Shown one piece after another: positions 37,845 to 45,915 of a stretch of DNA of 64,000 bases; position 1 is the first letter of the stretch, and each line of letters opens with the position of its first letter. The position numbers and the translations under genes were made by a program. The stretch covers positions 2,992 through 66,991 of the forward strand of contig CAZSZS010000040.1 in NCBI GenBank assembly GCA_964611275.1, read 5' to 3'. The stretch is from an uncultured Eubacteriales bacterium (GTDB lineage Bacteria > Acidobacteriota > Aminicenantia > Aminicenantales > Aminicenantaceae). The notes under the pieces were generated by a model. That model saw only the letters and a list, made by a program, of their open reading frames with translations, was not told where the DNA came from and did not search any database.

Positions 37845-37978
37845 TCAGGAAGGCTGGGTGGTTCTGAAGTCATCCGGAGGCGTGCGGGCATGGTTCCTCG
37901 CAGAGGGGAGTGAGCCGAGGAATAAGCTGATTTTACTCGCGGGGAAAAATCAGCGGGCTGAAGAACCAGCTTGCCTGA
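37845..37978. other. Structured GC-richer intergenic element (candidate small RNA or 3'-UTR structure); strand unknown
   Basis: Long-range helix: TCAGG/CCTGA (37845-49 with 37974-78) plus TGGTTCT/AGAACCA (37859-65 with 37962-68). It encloses two perfect hairpins: TTCCTCG/CGAGGAA (37894-37922) and GCTGATTTT/AAAATCAGC (37926-37954). Confidence 0.3.
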
Positions 37979-38005
37979 TGAAGGTAGGGAGCTCAAGTCA
38001 CACCC

Positions 38006-40237
38006 TTAAAGAGTCCATGCATAGCCTATTTTGAGAAAAAACGTCCGGTCCGTCTGTGTCAAATTGATATCATAGAATCCCAGGTAGTTATCGCTGTATC
38101 CGAGAAAAAGCACAGTGCGGGGATTGAGTTTATAGGAAAAGAGAAGCTGTGAGAAGAGGGTTTGCGTCTTAGAGTCCACTTCATCCTCGTAGAGAGCGAG
38201 ATTCCTGTCAATGTCCTGATACTGAAGGATCGCGCGGAAAAAAGCCCTGTTGTTGAGATGGTAGATAAGGCTCATCTGCGGCAGTTGAGCCAGGAAAAGC
38301 CTTTCTCCGTCTATTTTCAGCCATCTGTATAAGTAACTTAGGTTGATATTGAAATGGGTTCCTAAGTTCCAGATCACTTCAGGGCTTATCTGGAAGTATT
38401 TCCCTGCCCTTACATGTGTGTAATCGATCTCGTCCCCGTAGCTTAATAAAACATCAAAGTAGAGGCTTCCGGCAGGACGGATTGAAAACATGATGTGATT
38501 GAAAAATTGGGAAAAAGATTCTTGTTTATAGATTTTTTCCCGAACTCCCACCACGGTCGTGAAGGTCGACTGCATGGGACCGTTCAGCGAGAGATTGGTT
38601 TCCAGCTCTTTTTCCAGAAGATCTCCCCGGTGGTCATTAGACTGGTCATAGTTGGCAATGGCAGTGATCTGAGAGAAAAAACTGTTTTCAGTCCCTACGT
38701 ATATGTATCCTCCCCCCAGCTCGAAATTACGGTAGTCGACTTGAGGCTCGAATCCCATATCAGCTCGGAAATCAGGGCTGAAATCTTCATAGGAGCCAAA
38801 AAGCACATAATTTTTTTTCTGCCTGGAGATCTCTATATTGGCTGCGTATCCATAGAGCTCGCCGGTATCCTGGTCATAATCTTCAGCCTGGGAGTCCGGA
38901 TAAGCGGTTTGAGAACCCAGAAACTGAAAGGTCACAACATCGGATTTACTCAGATGCAGAAGGCCGTCCAGTCCGGCCAGCCGGTTGTGATATTTATCGC
39001 CTTCCCGGTCGGTCATGAGAATACCAAGGGTGGAGCCTCCTCCAATGTCTCTCCGGTAGCGCAGGACATTGGAAAAAGAACGCTGGCCTAGGAAACCGGA
39101 ATTTGAACCCTGAGACCCCGGAAAAATCAGATTGGTCAGCTGGTCCTGGGCTGAGAAAAATCCGATGGTGTTTTTCCCTTCTTTCCCCGAAATCTTCACT
39201 CCCAAGGAAGGATCTGCAACGGAGCGCGTGTATAAAGCCTGGATGGGGGTTTCAAAAAAGTCCTGGCCTTCCAGGAAAAAAGGCCGCTTTTCCGGATAAT
39301 AGAGAGCAAATTGTTTGTTGATGTCAAGCTGCGCCACATCAGCTTCGACTTGAGAAAAATCCGGATTCAGAGCCGCGCTCAAGGTCATGTTATTGGTCAT
39401 TCCCCATCGTCCTGAGATGCCGATATCGCCAGAGGATTCCTCCTTTTTCATGGGCCCGTCAGGAAAATCTTCTCTCTCATCCGAATAAAGCCCCACAATA
39501 GTGGGGTCAAGTTCGATATTGCGCCCCGGCTCTGCTCCTGAAAATCCTTTGATCTTGGGAAGCTGGCAGAGGATGCACTGTTCGTTCCTGTCCAAAGAAA
39601 ATGAGCTGATCTGATGGCGCCGGCTTCTGGGATAATTCCGCACAGGAGCAAAACCCCATATCTGGTCTTCATCAGAAGGCTGAAACTGCAGAGCTCTAAA
39701 AGGGATGGCGATTTCGATCACATAACCGAAATCAGTGATCCGTCCCGCAGAATCCCAGATTGCATCCCAGGAATCATCTTCATATGAGCCGCCGTTGCTC
39801 ATGATCTCGTCTCCCTGAATACCTAAAGGATTTACAAAGAAAGCAAAGGCTCTGTTTTCATCATTAAAGGTATCGATGATAATTCCGATGCTGTCATCCC
39901 GCCAGGCCTCATCCCGGTCGGAAAGAAAAGCCCTTATTTTTTCAGGCTCAGGATCAAATGCGCGGCATGCAACATACAGGTTTTGGGAGTCATAGAGCAA
40001 ATAGCATTCTGTATCAACCGGGGCTGGTACATTTTCCGCAGGCATGACCTCTACATCCAGATGGAATGTCAGAGCATTTGACCATGCTTTTTCATCCAGA
40101 ATGCCGTTTATATTTATTTTAGAATCTGTTTTGAGTATCTCAAATGCTTTTTCTTCTTGGTTTTTGTTTTTGGCTAAAAGTGCCGGACTCATTATAATGA
40201 GGATACTGAGCAGCAGCCCTAAAAGTTTTTGTGACAT
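38006..40237 (-). CDS. CBM9-like plus DUF5916 outer-membrane-type protein
   Basis: Signal peptide after ATG 40237 (RBS AGGAG). N-terminal INGILDEKAWSNA...YLLYDSQNLYVACRAFD (CBM9/DOMON-like). Long beta-rich C-terminus ending GYAWTL. Confidence 0.6.
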   Translation of the reverse strand: MSQKLLGLLLSILIIMSPALLAKNKNQEEKAFEILKTDSKININGILDEKAWSNALTFHLDVEVMPAENVPAPVDTECYLLYDSQNLYVACRAFDPEPEKIRAFLSDRDEAWRDDSIGIIIDTFNDENRAFAFFVNPLGIQGDEIMSNGGSYEDDSWDAIWDSAGRITDFGYVIEIAIPFRALQFQPSDEDQIWGFAPVRNYPRSRRHQISSFSLDRNEQCILCQLPKIKGFSGAEPGRNIELDPTIVGLYSDEREDFPDGPMKKEESSGDIGISGRWGMTNNMTLSAALNPDFSQVEADVAQLDINKQFALYYPEKRPFFLEGQDFFETPIQALYTRSVADPSLGVKISGKEGKNTIGFFSAQDQLTNLIFPGSQGSNSGFLGQRSFSNVLRYRRDIGGGSTLGILMTDREGDKYHNRLAGLDGLLHLSKSDVVTFQFLGSQTAYPDSQAEDYDQDTGELYGYAANIEISRQKKNYVLFGSYEDFSPDFRADMGFEPQVDYRNFELGGGYIYVGTENSFFSQITAIANYDQSNDHRGDLLEKELETNLSLNGPMQSTFTTVVGVREKIYKQESFSQFFNHIMFSIRPAGSLYFDVLLSYGDEIDYTHVRAGKYFQISPEVIWNLGTHFNINLSYLYRWLKIDGERLFLAQLPQMSLIYHLNNRAFFRAILQYQDIDRNLALYEDEVDSKTQTLFSQLLFSYKLNPRTVLFLGYSDNYLGFYDINLTQTDRTFFLKIGYAWTL

Positions 40238-40498
40238 GAAAGATCTCCTCTTTTGATTGATGTACATGATTTGTTCTTGTTTAAACTTGTTCTCATTTAA
40301 ATAAACGTAAAGGAAGGGAAGAAGGTTCATTTTTTTTATTTTAAAAAAAATACCGAATCTTCATTCATATCTCCTGCCGGGAGGAAAGAGAAATCTCTTG
40401 AATTTTTTTCTTGATCGGCGACAAATGACTATAAAATCTATTGATTAAATAGGATAAATATATTAAAATAACAACATCCCTGACTGAGGAGGATAGGA

Positions 40499-43400
40499 AT
40501 GGGAACATTGAATAAAAACATGAAAGCATGGCTTGAGGAGAAATTCATTCAGAGAGTCAACTTCAACCCGTATGAAAGACTTCTTTACAGCCATGATATT
40601 GCGGCCATGCCTAAACTGGTGAAGCCCCTTATCGGGAATACGGTCCCTGATGCCGTGGTCCAACCGGAAAATGAACAGGAATTATCCGAACTTATCAGAT
40701 GGGCTGCAGAGAAGAGAATACCGCTGGTCCCAAGAGGAAAAGGGTCATCCGGATACGGAGGGATCATCCCGACAAAAAAAGGGATCGTCATCGATTTTTA
40801 CCGGATGAAGAGGGTCGTGTCAGTGGATGAAAAACAAATGCTGGCAGTAGTGGAACCCGGAATAACCTGGGAACAGCTGGATAGAGAGCTGGCTAAAAAA
40901 GGCCTCACCGTACGTCTTTACCCTACCAGCTACCCTTCTTCGTCCGCCGGGGGATGGCTCGCCCAGGGCGGAGCGGGCATAGGCTCTTTTGAGTACGGAT
41001 GGTTTTCAGACAATGTCAAAAGCGCGAGGATCGTCCTTCCTGATGGGAAGATAAGAGATCTCTCTGGAAAGGAGATGGAGCTTGTGGCTGATGCAGAGGG
41101 GACCACAGGAATTATAAGCCGGCTGACAGTTCATGTGCAGAAACTGGAAAAAAACCATGTAACTGCTTTTGCCTGTCCCGATGCTCATTCCCTTTCCCGG
41201 ATTTTTCAGGAAATCATAGACCGGAAACTTCCGGTCTGGTCTGTGGTTTTTATAAATCCACGCATGGCCGAAATGAAAAATCGATCTCCTCTGCTCGAAA
41301 AGCATGGTCACCCTGTAGAAGAGAGGGTGATACTTCCGGCCGCTTATATCACGACCCTTGCCTTCAGGGAAAAGGATCGTGATGAGATCATGGGAAAACT
41401 GGCCGGAATCATCAAGAAGTGCGAAGGAGAGATGCTCAGCCAGAGGATCGCCGACCATGAATGGAAAAATCGATTCAAATTGATGATCGTCAAGAGGCTT
41501 GGTCCCTCTCTTGTTCCGGCGGAGGTAGTGGTTCCTTTGGATAAATTAGGTGATGTCATGGAGGAGATCGAGAATAAAGTGAACCAGCCGGTGGTCAAGG
41601 AAGGCGTCATTATAAAAAAAGGAAGAGACGGAAAAGCCGAGGCTGTCATCCTGGGTTTTATCCCCAGTGACCAGCGGAAATTTTCCTATAATTTTGTTTT
41701 CGGGCTAGTGCTGACTATCATGAAGATCGCTAAAAAATACGGGGGGCGGCCTTATTCGACCGGATTGTATTTTTCCGGAGAGAAAGGCAAGGTTCTTGGG
41801 AAGAAGAGAAGCACAGAGATCGAAAAATATAAGAAAACAGTCGATCCGCATAAAATTTTAAATCCGGATAAGGTCGTGAAAAAGAATGCGGTAAGCAGAG
41901 CGTTGAGCTTTGCCAAACTTTTTGAGCCTTTTGTGAGACCATTCGGCAATACGGTGGTCACCCGAGTAGGAGAGTACTTTGAAAAACCGGTGAGAGGGAT
42001 TCCGGCCGATGTGGCCAGATATGCCTATGGCTGTTCCCAGTGCGGTTACTGTCTGGATGAGTGCGACCAGTTTTTTGGCAGGGGATGGGAGAGCCAGTCG
42101 CCACGCGGGAAATGGTACTGGCTTCGCGAATACATGGAAGGAAAGGTCGAATGGAACCAATTTATGGTCGATACCATGATCGCCTGCACGACTTGTGAGT
42201 TCTGTGACATTCGCTGTTCCGCATCGCTTCCCATAGAGTCATCCTGGATGAAATTAAGGGGAAAATTGATCCATGAAGACAAAAAGATGACCTTTCCTCC
42301 TTTTGAGATGATGGCTGCTGCTTCCAGATCTCAAGGAAACATATGGGCAGGGTATCGAAAAGACCGCACAGCCTGGTTTCCAAAAGAATTGAAAGAAAAA
42401 CACGGGCCTGGGAAAAAGAGCAAAAATATCTATTTTGCCGGATGCACGGCTTCTTATGTCGAACACGATATCGGAGCGGCTTCTGTGACCCTGCTGGATG
42501 CGGCTGGGGTAGATTTTTCCTATCTCGGGACTAAGGAAAACTGCTGCGGCACTCCCATGCTGGTGGCGGGGAAATGGGATGTGTTCAAAGAGATCATGCG
42601 CAGAAACATAGAAGCTGTCAAGGAAGCCGGAGCGGATACAGTGATCTCGTCCTGTCCGGCTTGTGACATGATGTGGCGTCACTATTACCCGCAATGGGCG
42701 GATAAACTCAATATGGATTACAACATAAAAGCCAAACACTACAGCGAAGTGATTTCAGAAAAGCTGAAAAAAGGAGAGTTTAAATTCACCCATGCGCTGA
42801 AAGGCAAGGTGACCTGGCATGACTCCTGTCATATCGGACGTGTCTCAGGAGTCTACGAAGAACCCAGGGATATTATTAAGGCCGTTCCGGGAGTTGAGTT
42901 TGAGGAGATGGCTCACAACAGGGAAGAAGGACACTGCTGCGGAAGCGTATTGACTTTACTAAAAGACCCTCCTATAGCGGCTGACATAGGAAAGTCAAGG
43001 ATGGAGGAAGCAAAGGAGATCAATGCAGAGACTGTTCTTGCTCTTTGCCCCTGCTGTGAGTTCCAACTAAGGGTCACAGAGGAAAAAAAGAAACTGGGGC
43101 TGGAAGTCAAAGACTTAGCCACCTTTGCCTGTAAAGCTTTGGGAAAGGAGTTTAAAGATCCGAGCCCCGAAGTGGCCAAGCAGTGGGCTGTTTTTGAAGC
43201 CATGATCGAGCTTATGACACCTGAGGGATTTGCCAGCCTTATGGCTTCCATGTGGCCCGAGCTCTTGGATGCCATGCCCCTGGGAATGGGGAAGATGATG
43301 CGGGCTATAGGGAAGATGGGAGTATTCGGTGGTTTTTTATTGGGTCTGATGAAACCGGTATTTCCTGTGCTGTTCCCAAAACTTCTGCCTGGCATGATGC

Positions 43401-43582
43401 CAAAAGTCATGCCCAAGATGCTGGAGAAGATAGAAGAAAGGATTCCCATGCCTGATTATATGGCAGAGCAAATGCCGGATATGATGCCCGGAGTCATGGA
43501 TAATCTGATGCCGCATATGCTGCCCGATGTGGTTCCTCTGGTTGTGCCTGAAATGATATCTTATCTTAGAAGCCGGGCTTAG
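40499..43582 (+). CDS. FAD-binding oxidase (GlcD-like) fused to a 2x[4Fe-4S] and double-CCG (GlcF/HdrD-like) module, with a Met/Pro-rich C-terminal tail
   Basis: FAD_binding_4 motif PLVPRGKGSSGYGG. CSQCGYCLDEC and CTTCEFCDIRC cluster motifs. CCG motifs (ENCCGTP, GHCCGS). The last ~126 aa are unusually Met-rich. Confidence 0.85.
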   Translation: MGTLNKNMKAWLEEKFIQRVNFNPYERLLYSHDIAAMPKLVKPLIGNTVPDAVVQPENEQELSELIRWAAEKRIPLVPRGKGSSGYGGIIPTKKGIVIDFYRMKRVVSVDEKQMLAVVEPGITWEQLDRELAKKGLTVRLYPTSYPSSSAGGWLAQGGAGIGSFEYGWFSDNVKSARIVLPDGKIRDLSGKEMELVADAEGTTGIISRLTVHVQKLEKNHVTAFACPDAHSLSRIFQEIIDRKLPVWSVVFINPRMAEMKNRSPLLEKHGHPVEERVILPAAYITTLAFREKDRDEIMGKLAGIIKKCEGEMLSQRIADHEWKNRFKLMIVKRLGPSLVPAEVVVPLDKLGDVMEEIENKVNQPVVKEGVIIKKGRDGKAEAVILGFIPSDQRKFSYNFVFGLVLTIMKIAKKYGGRPYSTGLYFSGEKGKVLGKKRSTEIEKYKKTVDPHKILNPDKVVKKNAVSRALSFAKLFEPFVRPFGNTVVTRVGEYFEKPVRGIPADVARYAYGCSQCGYCLDECDQFFGRGWESQSPRGKWYWLREYMEGKVEWNQFMVDTMIACTTCEFCDIRCSASLPIESSWMKLRGKLIHEDKKMTFPPFEMMAAASRSQGNIWAGYRKDRTAWFPKELKEKHGPGKKSKNIYFAGCTASYVEHDIGAASVTLLDAAGVDFSYLGTKENCCGTPMLVAGKWDVFKEIMRRNIEAVKEAGADTVISSCPACDMMWRHYYPQWADKLNMDYNIKAKHYSEVISEKLKKGEFKFTHALKGKVTWHDSCHIGRVSGVYEEPRDIIKAVPGVEFEEMAHNREEGHCCGSVLTLLKDPPIAADIGKSRMEEAKEINAETVLALCPCCEFQLRVTEEKKKLGLEVKDLATFACKALGKEFKDPSPEVAKQWAVFEAMIELMTPEGFASLMASMWPELLDAMPLGMGKMMRAIGKMGVFGGFLLGLMKPVFPVLFPKLLPGMMPKVMPKMLEKIEERIPMPDYMAEQMPDMMPGVMDNLMPHMLPDVVPLVVPEMISYLRSRA

Positions 43583-44352
43583 ATCACAACCGCATCCACA
43601 AACAGTTCATAGGTATTGTCTTCGTCAAGGTCGTGGATTTTTACCTTTTCAACTTCATTAAGGCCCATTATCCCGACAAGTTCGGATTCAGAGAGAATTT
43701 TAACATTTGCTTGTTTGAGCTCAGCCTTGAGATCGTCTGCAACATTTTTGGATTTTTTCTGAGTTAAAAAGACAACTCTAGGAGAATACTTGGCTAAGGC
43801 TCGGGCCAGCTCTCCGGATTCTTTTCCTTTATCCTGGATAAGAATCCTTTTTTCCTTTAATAAAGAAGGGTCTTTGATTTTATGATAAACTCCCTTTCCT
43901 GAGAAGTCTTTTTCTCCCGGGATTTTCTTCATGGAAGGGCTTTTGACCTCTTTTTCATTTTCCTTTTTTTCTTTTTGTTTTTCTTTGTAATTTTTTATGG
44001 CTGTTTTAAGGGCATCGGCAGCCAGATTTGAACAGTGCATTTTTACCGGAGGAAGCCCGTCCAGTTCATCCGCCACATCCTGTCGGGTTATTTTAAGGGC
44101 TTCATCCAGAGTCTTCCCTTTAGCTAATTCTGTCACCATAGAGGCGGTGGCCACAGCTGAACCGCAGCCGAATGTTTTGAATTTAATATCTTGGATCCGG
44201 TTGTTTTTGACTTTCAATGTGAATTCCATAAGGTCCCCGCACACAGGATTTCCGACCGTGCCTTTGGCTATATCTTTCCCTGTTAAAGTGCCCACGTTCC
44301 TGGGATTGCGGAAATGGTCCAAAACTTTTTTAGAATATGATGTTGATTTCAT
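43579..44352 (-). CDS. iscU: IscU/NifU-N Fe-S scaffold fused to a degenerate thioredoxin-reductase-like NAD(P)H subdomain
   Basis: IscU ligands GNPVCGD, FGCGSAVATAS, HCSNLA. Lys/Glu linker. The C-terminal ~105 aa align by eye to the TrxB NADPH domain (KRILIQDKGKESGELARALAKYSPRVVFLTQKK...VKIHDL...YELFVDAVVI). Confidence 0.8.
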   Translation of the reverse strand: MKSTSYSKKVLDHFRNPRNVGTLTGKDIAKGTVGNPVCGDLMEFTLKVKNNRIQDIKFKTFGCGSAVATASMVTELAKGKTLDEALKITRQDVADELDGLPPVKMHCSNLAADALKTAIKNYKEKQKEKKENEKEVKSPSMKKIPGEKDFSGKGVYHKIKDPSLLKEKRILIQDKGKESGELARALAKYSPRVVFLTQKKSKNVADDLKAELKQANVKILSESELVGIMGLNEVEKVKIHDLDEDNTYELFVDAVVI

Positions 44353-44379
44353 TTTTATCCTCCTCTCTTTTTTTCCTGG

Positions 44380-45531
44380 TTAATAGATCGGGGAAAGCTT
44401 TCTTAATCTGTCAACGACTTCAGGCAGAGCCTTTATGACAGAATCAATATCGCTTTCCTTTGTAAACCTGCCTGTGGTGAGTTCCAATGAGCCGTGTGCT
44501 TCTTCGTGAAGCAAACCCATGGCGATCAGTGTATGAGAGGGCTCCAGTGTTTTTGAGGAGCAGGCTGAACCTGTTGAAACAGCTATCCCCTTGTCATTCA
44601 GTGACAGAAGCAGTGATTCGCCTTCGATCCCGTCGAAACGAAAATGAGCGTTGTTGGGCAGCCTGTTTTCAGGGTGCCCGTTAAGATAGGACCTTGGAAT
44701 ACTTTCTAAGATCTCTTTGATCAGCCTGTCTCTGAAAGACTGTAATTTATGGGCTTCCTCTTTTCTTTCCTGCATCACGATCTCTGACGCACGGGCCATT
44801 CCTGCGATGGCCGGCAGGTTTTCCGTGCCGGAGCGGATTCCGTTTTCCTGTCCTCCGCCAATGATCTGCGGCATCAACTTGATTCCTTTTCTTACATAGA
44901 GAACTCCCAATCCTTTGGGTCCGTAAATATCATTCGATGATAGGGTCATCAGGTCTATGAAATCTTTTTGGACATCTAGGGCAAGGAGCCCTTCGGCTGC
45001 CACAGCATCGGTATGAAAAGCGATGTCTCTTTCTCTGCACAAGCGGCCTATTTCCTTTATGGGCTGGATCGTACCGACTTCATTGCTGGCATAGCCTATG
45101 GAAACAAGAAGGGAGTCATCTGTGAGCCGCTCAATTATTTTATCCGGATGCACTCTTCCGTAGTGGTCTACAGGGACCTTTGACACTTTAAATCCGGATT
45201 TCATGAGAAACTTAGCTGTGTTGTGTATGGATATATGCTCTGTTTCTGAGAGGATGATGTGCTTTCCCTTACCTTTGTTTTTGAGCGCATAGCCAATAAG
45301 CGCCAGGTTATTGGACTCGGTGGCACCTGATGTGAATATGATTTCGTCAGGTTCGGCTTGAATGAAGCCTGCGATTGTGGAACGGCTTTTATCAAGAGCT
45401 TCTGTGGCTTGGTCTCCTATGGAATGCAGCGACGATGGATTTCCGAATGTTTCATTGAAATAGGGATCCATGGCTTTAACGACCCTTGGGTCTACAGGTT
45501 TTGAGGATTGGTAGTCAAGGTAGACATTCAT
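44380..45531 (-). CDS. iscS: NifS/IscS-family (class V aminotransferase fold) protein lacking the PLP-binding lysine
   Basis: FTSGATESNN, SETEH, HTDAV, catalytic-loop SACSS, HGSLELT. The canonical SGHKIYGPKG is SSNDIYGPKG here (Asp codon GAT at 44929-44931). Confidence 0.85.
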   Translation of the reverse strand: MNVYLDYQSSKPVDPRVVKAMDPYFNETFGNPSSLHSIGDQATEALDKSRSTIAGFIQAEPDEIIFTSGATESNNLALIGYALKNKGKGKHIILSETEHISIHNTAKFLMKSGFKVSKVPVDHYGRVHPDKIIERLTDDSLLVSIGYASNEVGTIQPIKEIGRLCRERDIAFHTDAVAAEGLLALDVQKDFIDLMTLSSNDIYGPKGLGVLYVRKGIKLMPQIIGGGQENGIRSGTENLPAIAGMARASEIVMQERKEEAHKLQSFRDRLIKEILESIPRSYLNGHPENRLPNNAHFRFDGIEGESLLLSLNDKGIAVSTGSACSSKTLEPSHTLIAMGLLHEEAHGSLELTTGRFTKESDIDSVIKALPEVVDRLRKLSPIY

Positions 45532-45546
45532 TTGTTTCTCCTTTTT

Positions 45547-45906
45547 TTAAAACCACATGGTTGTGTCAGATTCAAGAGCCAGGTCATTCAATGTGCCGGC
45601 TCCCACGATCTTCAAACCCGGGATAAGGTTGGCCTTTTCCATGCCCAGCATTTGTTTGGAGGCTTCGCAAACGTATATTTCTATGCCCATATCAAGCGTA
45701 TTTTTAATGACTTCTGATAAAGCAGGAAAGGAACCGGCTTTAATTTTCTCAGCAGCTCCAGGCTTTAAAACTCTCAGTCCCTGGCCCAGATAATAAATCT
45801 TAGCATCAATATCCATGGCCTTTGCGGTCTGGGCTAGGACAAGTGGGGAGTACTGCCTTTCCGGGTGATCACTTGTTTGAACATAAAGGATTGAATCTTT
45901 TTTCAT
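45547..45906 (-). CDS. DsrE/DsrF-like sulfur-relay family protein
   Basis: 119 aa. DsrE fold pattern with conserved Cys in IYVCEASKQM. Adjacent to tusA. Confidence 0.7.
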   Translation of the reverse strand: MKKDSILYVQTSDHPERQYSPLVLAQTAKAMDIDAKIYYLGQGLRVLKPGAAEKIKAGSFPALSEVIKNTLDMGIEIYVCEASKQMLGMEKANLIPGLKIVGAGTLNDLALESDTTMWF

Positions 45907-45915
45907 TCTTGCCTC

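Noticed and set aside
37845-37978. Identity of the structured element as SRP RNA, a c-di-AMP (ydaO) riboswitch, RNase P or 6S RNA.
   Set aside because: It lacks the SRP GGAA-tetraloop/AGCAGC core, the ydaO CAGCUAACCUCGUAAGC-type blocks and the RNase P GAGGAAAGUCC motif. It is too short for RNase P or tmRNA. No downstream gene exists for a riboswitch. It is left as an unclassified candidate.
40331-40360. T8-A-T4-A8 tract (TTTTTTTTATTTTAAAAAAAA) as a hairpin or terminator.
   Set aside because: It is a pure A/T stem with negligible stability, located in a promoter-side spacer. It more likely reflects AT-rich upstream DNA or curvature than a discrete element.
40499-43582. In-frame TGA (selenocysteine) or frameshift in the Hdr-like flavo-Fe-S gene or neighbouring redox genes.
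   Set aside because: The ORF is uninterrupted over 1027 codons and all Cys motifs are encoded by Cys codons. There is no truncated partner ORF suggesting recoding.
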